A DNA stretch of 36,299 bases from NCBI GenBank assembly GCA_013042625.1, contig JABDPU010000140.1:1-36299 (forward strand), read 5' to 3'. Below the pieces are notes generated by a model, which saw only the letters and a list, made by a program, of their open reading frames with translations, had not been told where the DNA came from and did no database searches. This DNA comes from Flavobacteriaceae bacterium. GTDB lineage: Bacteria > Bacteroidota > Bacteroidia > Flavobacteriales > Flavobacteriaceae. The translations under genes were made by a program, and so were the position numbers. Of the stretch, positions 24,701 to 31,500 are shown piece after piece (position 1 is the stretch's first letter; the number at the start of each line of letters is the position of its first letter).

Positions 24701-27700
24701 TGTCTGGATTATCGGAAATGTTCAGATTATTAGTATCATAAATCTCAGTCAGTCCAATGGTTAAAATACCTTCGGTTGGACCTATGGCATCAACACCATT
24801 ATTTATACTGCTGGATTGCTTTTGAAGCAGGGCAGAGGCATCATCTCTTCCAATTCCTGCAATGTCATAATTAAACCCGGCATTGTCAGACTGATCCCAG
24901 ATCACTCGACCCTGAGAGTCAACATAGTCTTGAGAAGTTCCATTTACTCCAAGTGTAATTCCATACTTAACAGCAAGGTAACTGCTGATTCGGTTACGTT
25001 CCTGGGTGAGGTCACCGTCGTCTTTACGAGATGAGTAGGTGATCATTTCAACCACACGGGCATTTAGAGATGATTCCCAACCTTCACTTCGTCCGATCCA
25101 ATACCTGGAATCATTGGTGTTCATATATTCAGGAATATCATTCTGGGTGGTTTCAATATCAATTTGATTGTAATACAGCTCCTGTTGAGTATCTCCGGGA
25201 TTATTACGAGTATTGATAATCCCAACATTGTCATAGACCGAACCTGTTCCTATTTCAGCTACAGCATAACCATCAGGGGGACTTTGACCTGTGGAAAACG
25301 AGTCATGAGCGTAACAAATGATTTCTCCATTTACTCGTGCCGTATAATATCCGAATCCAACCCCTGTGGCATCCGTGGCATTTTGGTCGAGATGAGCATC
25401 ACTACAAAATACATCCATAAAACCAAAGTTGTTCGTGATCGGGGTTTCATCTGTTATCAATACAACAAAAATATCTTGTGTATGGAAACCATATTCACTG
25501 GTGAGGAAATGACCTGCACCACTATCATGTGAAAAATCGGAATCCAGGGTATAAGTTGCATAGGCATTATCGAATTCAACCACTGGGTTAAAATTCAAAT
25601 TATCAGTGACATTATCATGATAAGTCGGAGCCTGTGCAGGGTATTTTGCATAGGCATCTCCACCACGTCCCTGGTCTACCCAGTTATTCATGGACTGTCC
25701 GTCATTTAAGCTATGACCATCATTGGCTTTTAGCCAAACGGTAAGATCGGAAGTTACTCCACCAGGAGCAGTTGTTGGCTCCGCCTTTACAGTAAAGGTG
25801 ATCTTATCAATGGCCAGGTCACTTCTGTAATTATTCCCGGTAATACCCTGAACACGGATCCTGATCGTCTGGCCAATATAGGCGCTTAAGTCAAAACTGA
25901 TTGGGATCCATGATGAATTTCCTGAGTTTTGAACCTCGCCGTTATAACCAGTAAGGTTTACAGGAAATGTTGTTCCGCCATCTGTACTTAGATCGACGTT
26001 GAGATTACCCATGTCTTGTCCGTGCATATGATAAAACATGGTAACCCTTGGGTTTACAGTTCCTGTAAGGTCAACACATGGAGAAATAAGATTAGCTGTA
26101 TTGTTATAATTTGCACTGGCTTCTGTGTACATATAATACGACCCGTCATGAGCACCATTTGGCCCGGTGTTTCCAGTTGGAGTTCCTCCTGTCTGGTTGG
26201 TCCAGTCGAAATTATCGGTCAGGTCCTGAGACCAAAGGCCAGTGCCTGATTCGAAACTCTCTTCATATGGAAAAGTGTTCACAAGTGGACCCGGACAGGT
26301 ATTAAGTGTACCAGTTCCCTGAATGGCAAATCTATATGGATTCTCATCTGAATCGTCATTTCCAATAACGATCACGGCCTGGCGTAAACCGACGGCAGAC
26401 GGACTAAATCGTACGTTAAATGTTGTGCTATTTCCAGCAGCAATAGGGCTAATGGGTTGCACGGTAACCGTAAAGTCTGCCGCATTTGGTCCGGCAATAT
26501 TCACGAAAGGAGGTCCAACCAAATTAAGAGGGTTGGCTCCACCCTGATTAAGGATAGTGAATGTATGAACAACGGAAGAACTGACGATGACCGTTCCAAA
26601 ATCGGTGTCATCTGCTACAGAAGGCGTCAGGTCGTTGTTTGCAATGCTGTTTCCTAAACCGGTAATATCGATTTCCTGGGCAGGAGAGGTTCCGGTTCCC
26701 TGGATATCAAAATTATAAGGATTTTCATCTGAATCATCATTAGCGATGGTTAAGGTAGCTGAACGAAGTCCTGTAGCGGTCGGTAAAAATGTAACATTAA
26801 AATTTGAAATTCCACCCGGTGGAACCACGTTTGCGGGCGGTGCTGAAATGGCAAAATCACCTGGATTTGCTCCACCAATTACAATAAAAGGTGCAGCACC
26901 GGTTAAATTCAGTGGTGCGGTGCCTGTATTGTGGATTGTAAATGTATGGACAACAGGTGTTCCTATAGCTACTGTGCCCCAATCGGTATCATCGGCTACT
27001 GCGGGGGTTGTATCTCCATCAAGAATTGAATTTCCAAGACCTGTCACATCCATTTCCGGTTGTGGTGAACCAGTTAATCCGCTTAGGTCAATAATTTGAA
27101 TTTCGTGCGATGTGCTATTACCGCTACGATGTGACCAATGGGCGGCCTGGGTAGTGGAGTTAAAATAATAGTTTCTCCATCCACGTCCGTAAGCTGTTCC
27201 ATTACCACTGGAGGTAGATGAACCTACAATTAAAGCCTCGCTGGTACTTGTAAGTCCGGCTGCAGCAATATTTACTGTTGTTTCATTTGCAGGGGCGAAG
27301 GCACTTTGAAATCGTGTCACATTCATGCCTGTATTATCAAGAACATGAACAAAGTGACGGTTGGTTCCTGCCGAATCATGGTTGGCATTAAAAGTCCAGT
27401 CTACCAGCTGATTACTGGAACCGGGAGTCATAACAGGCCAGTTATCGGCAATGGCGTCATTGGTTCCGCTGGATCCTGTATCACCAATATGATGGGCGAA
27501 GATCACAGCATTACCCCAACCGCTTACATTAGTAGCGGCTCCTATACCATTGGCACTGGCACTTAAGGTAATGTTTCCTGTATCTGATGCAGAATTTCCG
27601 GAGTCACCATGTAGTACGGTCCAGTTAGTTCCGGTGAATTCAACCACAGTAACATACACTGTAACATTATTGCCGTTCGAACCTTTTTGAACTCTTAAGG

Positions 27701-28256
27701 TTGATGCATTTTCAAGATACGCTAAGGCTGTGCCCGAATCTGCATCATCGGAGGTTGAATTGTTCATTATTCCTGTTATAAAAGGAATACACTTAGCAGC
27801 GTTCACCACTCCACTCAAAGCCTGAGTAGTATTATTATTCGTCCCATTAAGGGTCACTGAATATCGACCACGGACAATAAATTCATTGGGTCCGCCAGGA
27901 GTTCCAACATATTCCCATATGGAGGTATTAAATCTTGTATTAGAATTTACTGAGGCGGATTCGCGATAGTAAGACAAAGTGCCAGTTGCAGTTAATTGCC
28001 TGGCTCCGGCTAAATCATCACTTTCAAGGTTTCCTCCACTACCGGGAACACCAGCTTGGGATTTTCTGTTGTTGTTGGCTAATTCAATGGCATTGTTCAA
28101 TGATGCAACCGGAGTAAATCCTGTGTTGGTTCCACCGGTGCGGCCAATATCATCCTGGAGGTGTTGAACGTTAAAATCTTGTGCGAATGAAACTGTACTA
28201 AATACAAAGGTCAGTAGCAAAGGCGCAATTCTGGTTAAGAATGTAGAATTATTCAT
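21708..28256 (-). CDS. Giant (2182 aa) secreted multidomain T9SS cargo protein. Order of modules: signal peptide, unique ~370-aa N-terminal domain, 2 Ig-like (choice-of-anchor-D-type) repeats, MAM, unassigned 491-aa module, LamG, unassigned ~626-aa module, type-A T9SS CTD.
   Basis: Single uninterrupted ORF. The signal peptide is MNNSTFLTRIAPLLLTFVFSTVSFAQ. Domain motifs are listed under the sub-features below. It is colinear with the neighbouring 1949-aa paralogue from the repeats to the C-terminus. Confidence 0.85.
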   Translation of the reverse strand: MNNSTFLTRIAPLLLTFVFSTVSFAQDFNVQHLQDDIGRTGGTNTGFTPVASLNNAIELANNNRKSQAGVPGSGGNLESDDLAGARQLTATGTLSYYRESASVNSNTRFNTSIWEYVGTPGGPNEFIVRGRYSVTLNGTNNNTTQALSGVVNAAKCIPFITGIMNNSTSDDADSGTALAYLENASTLRVQKGSNGNNVTVYVTVVEFTGTNWTVLHGDSGNSASDTGNITLSASANGIGAATNVSGWGNAVIFAHHIGDTGSSGTNDAIADNWPVMTPGSSNQLVDWTFNANHDSAGTNRHFVHVLDNTGMNVTRFQSAFAPANETTVNIAAAGLTSTSEALIVGSSTSSGNGTAYGRGWRNYYFNSTTQAAHWSHRSGNSTSHEIQIIDLSGLTGSPQPEMDVTGLGNSILDGDTTPAVADDTDWGTVAIGTPVVHTFTIHNTGTAPLNLTGAAPFIVIGGANPGDFAISAPPANVVPPGGISNFNVTFLPTATGLRSATLTIANDDSDENPYNFDIQGTGTSPAQEIDITGLGNSIANNDLTPSVADDTDFGTVIVSSSVVHTFTILNQGGANPLNLVGPPFVNIAGPNAADFTVTVQPISPIAAGNSTTFNVRFSPSAVGLRQAVIVIGNDDSDENPYRFAIQGTGTLNTCPGPLVNTFPYEESFESGTGLWSQDLTDNFDWTNQTGGTPTGNTGPNGAHDGSYYMYTEASANYNNTANLISPCVDLTGTVNPRVTMFYHMHGQDMGNLNVDLSTDGGTTFPVNLTGYNGEVQNSGNSSWIPISFDLSAYIGQTIRIRVQGITGNNYRSDLAIDKITFTVKAEPTTAPGGVTSDLTVWLKANDGHSLNDGQSMNNWVDQGRGGDAYAKYPAQAPTYHDNVTDNLNFNPVVEFDNAYATYTLDSDFSHDSGAGHFLTSEYGFHTQDIFVVLITDETPITNNFGFMDVFCSDAHLDQNATDATGVGFGYYTARVNGEIICYAHDSFSTGQSPPDGYAVAEIGTGSVYDNVGIINTRNNPGDTQQELYYNQIDIETTQNDIPEYMNTNDSRYWIGRSEGWESSLNARVVEMITYSSRKDDGDLTQERNRISSYLAVKYGITLGVNGTSQDYVDSQGRVIWDQSDNAGFNYDIAGIGRDDASALLQKQSSSINNGVDAIGPTEGILTIGLTEIYDTNNLNISDNPDTFNNREFLMWGNNGVSLDLPEAPVGVNMSAGIVPALNTDVSFTGMQRHWKFVETGGDIGLVKVQIPQAAIRNINPPGDYLMLISDSPVFDPTATYRVMKSDGMGNLFCFYDFDGTKYITFGYAPQVISDRSIRFDGISDYVDMENQLNLNTTEFTVSAWIKRDTGSENSSILSKRDAAYTEGYDLRFDGGGRVEMSWKNGSTEDIRSNVSIPENKWHHVAVIFDGTEANLYIDGVLDQTENLTPPVDTNQSFYLAAAGKNTPVAHYRGNIDEVRIWDRALTVDQMRFIMNQEIADNAGFVSGKELPTTITKNEVGSIPWTDLAAYYDMTIYTYTNVNDVSGNDVLGALRNLDTVDRQTAPLPYVSNSDGDWTTPSTWLNDAEQNLPNDVSIVDSNMSVDWNIVEASHDIRIATDDVLGRDRSVLALKQYSGDIQIDGDTAAGTGNGLTVTHYLQLDGTIDLEGESQLVQTLGSDLEVTSSGTLERDQQGTADVYTYNYWAAPVGVSNITSNNNSYTVDDVIFDDTQNINWITTGYNGTNTNPIGIADYWIWKFANQLDDDYPSWQHVRSTGNLLAGEGFTMKGPGSGGISDDQNYVFNGKPHNAVINLPLSAGNDYLVGNPYASAIDAHQFILDNGPVISGTGATTGTLYFWEHWGGGSHVLSEYLGGYGTYNLSGGAPSAALGTNDPDVGTGGTPTKLPGRYIPVGQGFFVVAEGTGTINFNNGQRVYHKESSGNSIFMEANQGANITFGSGTAPAAQSNNNNSQTFNSNDPRTQVRIGFNSINTLRRQLLLTIDENATADIDWGYDAEVFADQMDDLYWIIEDKKHNIQGIGNLTEMTTLALGVHSNIDGMNSISLDSFSNNTNGLKAYVYDSELEVYHDLTLGDYEFFLTAGEHTERFSIVFSTQALNIDDPEYDQMDVHYVNDIDSIILINPTLKEITSIVVYDALGKAIYSVEEIVENSYSEYEVSNLSTGTYILKINTRGGSFSKMVLVNE
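21711..21944 (-). other. T9SS type-A C-terminal sorting domain (aa ~2105-2182).
   Basis: The terminal 78 aa read ...SIILINPTLKEITSIVVYDALGKAIYSVEE...YEVSNLSTGTYILKINTRGGSFSKMVLV. This shows the usual Por_Secre_tail beta-strand pattern (..(V/I)Y(D/N)..G..(V/I)......L..G.Y(I/L)(V/L)......K.(V/I)). Confidence 0.75.
23823..24314 (-). other. LamG / concanavalin-A-like lectin domain (aa ~1315-1478).
   Basis: RSIRFDGISDYVDM.....FTVSAWIK.......ILSKRD....GYDL......W(H/N)HVAVIFDGT.ANLYIDGVL.........F.(L/I)(G/A)A......Y.G.IDEVRIWDRALT..Q(M/I) is the Laminin_G_3 pattern. Confidence 0.8.
25788..26297 (-). other. MAM domain (aa ~654-823).
   Basis: C..........FPYEESFESGTGLWSQD..DNFDWT.QTGGTP(T/S).NTGP..A.DGS.YMYTEAS......A.LISPC.DL.........F.YHM.G..MG.L.VDLS.D.G.T.........G........W....(F/I).LS.Y.GQTI.IR..G.TG....SD.AID.I.F is the MAM pattern. 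Confidence 0.8.
26304..27062 (-). repeat. Two tandem ~125-aa intragenic repeats (aa 399-526 and 527-651; nt 26679-27062 and 26304-26678). They are Ig-like and of the choice-of-anchor-D / HYDIN-like type.
   Basis: Each copy reads (E/Q)(M/I)D(V/I)TGLGNSI...D.TP.VADDTD(W/F)GTV.....VVHTFTI.N.G...LNL.G.......G.N..DF......P........ST.FNV.F.P(T/S)A.GLR.A...I.NDDSDENPY.F.IQGTG. Confidence 0.8.
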
Positions 28257-28309
28257 AAGCGGTTAAGTTTATAGTTTGGGACTACTATGTGTTATAATGA
28301 TATAACAAT

Positions 28310-28341
28310 CAAATATAGAAATACCCCCTACCAAACGCAAA
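28310..28341 (-). promoter_or_regulatory. Candidate Bacteroidota sigma-A promoter of the 2182-aa gene.
   Basis: On the minus strand a TTTG (28338-28341) is followed by a 20-nt spacer and TATATTTG (28310-28317). This matches the -33 TTTG and -7 TAnnTTTG consensus exactly. The ATG is about 55 nt downstream. Confidence 0.45.
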
Positions 28342-28456
28342 ATTATTCGACGAAACACACATATGAATTATAAATATCTGAAATACAAATAGATACGTAT
28401 AATCAACACTTCAGATTTATCTTACAAAAAAATTGAATTATCGATGAAAAGCACTA

Positions 28457-28495
28457 TAAAAAAATAAGAGCTTCCCGAATACTCAAGAAGCTCTT
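28457..28495 (-). terminator. Rho-independent terminator of the 1949-aa gene.
   Basis: AAGAGCTTC (28466-28474) pairs with GAAGCTCTT (28487-28495) across a 12-nt loop. On the minus strand the hairpin is followed by ATTTTTTTAT. It begins 23 nt after the stop codon. Confidence 0.6.
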
Positions 28496-28518
28496 TTAAG
28501 TGATTAAATATCTACATC

Positions 28519-31500
28519 CTATTCAACCAAAACTTTTTTGGTAATATTACCTTGTTCGGTTTCAGATTGCAGGATATAGGTCCCAGTACTTAAATTACTC
28601 ACTTTATACTCGACATAGGAATTTTCCGAAGGAATATTCTCAATCGAATAAATTTTCTGTCCAATTACATTGTAAATAGTAATTGAGCTTATGTTGATAT
28701 TAAATGGATTAACAATTATAATGCTATCCATATCATTAGAATAATAAACATTGAATGATCCAGTCTCTTCATCTTCCAGAATGACTTCATCGATGGCTTC
28801 TTCATCATCTGTGAGATCTGAATTATCGGTTCCTGTTTCAACATATCGGAAAACGATTTCAAATCGGCTCAGGTTTTCACCGGCTGGCAGATAGAATTCA
28901 TATCCGCTTTCCATTAAATCATGATAGAGCTCGAGGTCCTTGTCATGAATCCAAACCTTCATATCTTCTTGTGCATTTAAAAGTTCATCAAGAACAATGG
29001 TATTCAATCCATCATTTTCGGTATGAATTCCCAAAGGAAGCACAGTATTTTCACTTAAATTATCTGTACCCTGAATAACGTATTTATCGTTGTTGATCAG
29101 CCAGTAAAGGTCATCGATCTGGTCTTCGTTTAACTGGCCGTCATAACCATTATCAATACCATCTGTAGCATTATCATCTACCGTAAATAACAGTTGTCGG
29201 CGCATGGTATTAACCGAATTGAATCCAATCCTGAATTGTGGCCTGGATTCTTCCTCTTCAAATAACTCGAAATCACCTAATCCGTTTGAACCTTCAGAAC
29301 CGAAAGTAGGATTATCCGACTGAGGTGCTTCTACAAAAATTGAGTTTCCTGATGATTCTTTATGAAATACACGTTGCCCATTATTGAAATTAATAGTTCC
29401 GGCCGTTTCAGCTACTACAAAGAATCCTTGTGCAACCGGTATATATCGTCCGGGTGTTTTTGTTGGTGTTCCGCCGGTTCCTACATCAGGATCGTTTGTG
29501 CCCATAGCTGCAGATGGTGTTCCTCCCGATAAATTGTAAGTAGCATAACCACCTTGATATTGACTCAATACGTGTGATCCGCCACCCCAGTGTTCCCAGA
29601 AGTATAGTGTCCCTGTTGTAGCTCCAGCCCCGTTTATCAAGGCTCCGTTATCCAGAATGAATTGATTAGCATCCAGGGCAGATGGATATGGATTACCAAC
29701 CAGATAATCGTTTCCTGAAGATAAGGTCAGGTTGATATCGGCATTGTTCGGTTTACCCAGGTAAACATAATTCTGATCATCCAGGATTGCACCACTGCCA
29801 GGCCCTTTCATCGTAAATCCTTCACCGGCATTAACCGTGCCTGTACTTCTAACATGTTGCCAGGAGGCGTAGTCATCATCGGGCTGATTGGCAAATTTCC
29901 AGATCCAGTAATCTGCTATACCGATAGGTGAGGCATTACTACCATTATAACCGGATGTTAACCAGTTTATATTACTGGTCCCATCTCGTAAAATATCGGG
30001 CAGAGTATAGTTGTTATTGTTGGACGTTATATTACTGATTCCTACGGGAGCAGACCAATAGTTGTAGGTATAGGTATCGGCTGTTCCTTGCTGGTCGCGT
30101 TCCAAGCGTCCTGAACTGGTAACCTCAAGGTCGCTGTTCATGGTCTGTATAAGCTGCGATTCACCTTCAAGATCGATATCGCCATCCAGGTTGAGGTAGT
30201 GGGTTACGGTAAGTCCATATCCTTCTCCGGTAGCATTATTACCATCAACCGTAAGCGTATTTGCATTAACAAACAGTCCGAGAACCTTTCTATTATCATT
30301 ATTAACGGCAGGAAGATCAGTTGCATTTATGATGTTGACATCATGGTTGATCTGAACGATATTCCAATCGACCGAAACGTTTGAATCGACGATTGAAGTT
30401 GTTCCGGGAATGTTCTGAACACTTCCGTTTTCCCATGTATTCAGATTTTCCCATGTTCCGGTCTGCGTTGACTTGTAGGGTAGTGGAGCAGTTTGCCAAT
30501 CCACTGTAACCAGGTTCTTTAATGAGCCCTGTATACCATTTCCTGATTCATCTTTTGTATTGGTATAGGTATAAGTTGACATCGGATAATAGCCTGCAAG
30601 ATCTGACCATGGCAAGGTTGCCGTATCATCTTTAGTTGGCGTTATCGCAAGATCCTGGAAATATTTGCCACCGACGAATGAGGAGTTATCCTCTATCTCC
30701 TGGTTCATAACATACCTCAGTTGAGTGGCAGTTAATGCCGCGTCCCAGACTCTTACTTCATCAATGTTTCCATGGAAATAAGCGGTAGTTCCGGTTTTAC
30801 CTGCAGCTCCGACGAAGAATGATTGATTCGTGGCTACAGGGGCAATTCGTGTACGTGTTGTATCGGCTACACCATCGATGTACAAAGTGACATCTGTGCC
30901 ATCGTAAATAGCGGCTACATGATGCCATTTATCTGTTGGAATAACGACAGAAGACGTAACTTCCTGTATTGGTCCTCCGCTATTTCTCCATCGGAAGTGA
31001 AGACGTCCGAGGGTATTTATTCTCAGGTCATAACCTTCGGTAAAACCGGCGTCACGCTTCGAAAGGATGGATTTGTCTGTCGAGTTTGCACCGCGATTGA
31101 TCCATGCCGAAATAGTAAATTCGGAAGGATTAACATCGAGGTTGTCTTCCATATCGATATAGTCCAGGTTTGCCGGATCGAAATAGATCGAACGCTCAAA
31201 AACGCGTTCAGGAGCCCATCCAAAGGTGATGTATTCTGTTCCGTCGAAATCGTAGGTTGTACTCAATGTAGCACCGGATTCGTCCATAACCCTGTAGTCT
31301 GCAGTAGGATCGAATACTCCGGTTGATGAAATGAACATCAGGTATCTTCCGTCCGGAGGTGTGGCAGTTCTCACAGCGTTACTTGGTAAAGAAACTTTTA
31401 CGGTTCCTATATCTCCGCCATTTTCAACCACTTTCCAGATTCGGGGAATCGCTTCAAAGGAAACATTAGTGACTAAGCTTGCATCTCCAATTCCGGCACT

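Noticed and set aside
26304-27062. Regularly spaced ~375-nt repeats in both giant genes (also 33172-34299) that could be mistaken for a repeat array or CRISPR.
   Set aside because: The units are about 375 nt long, have diverged, are in frame and encode Ig-like protein repeats. There are no short direct repeats with unique spacers and no cas genes in the window.
26746-27099. Plus-strand ORFs antisense to the giant genes. Examples are 26746..27099, 33431..33808, 30823..31326, 25164..25532, 34052..34378 and 31331..31624.
   Set aside because: Each is fully contained in a long minus-strand ORF with clear domain content. Their Gly/Val/Pro/Thr-rich translations are what the reverse complement of N/T/G/D-rich coding sequence produces. 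They have no start-site context and no motifs.
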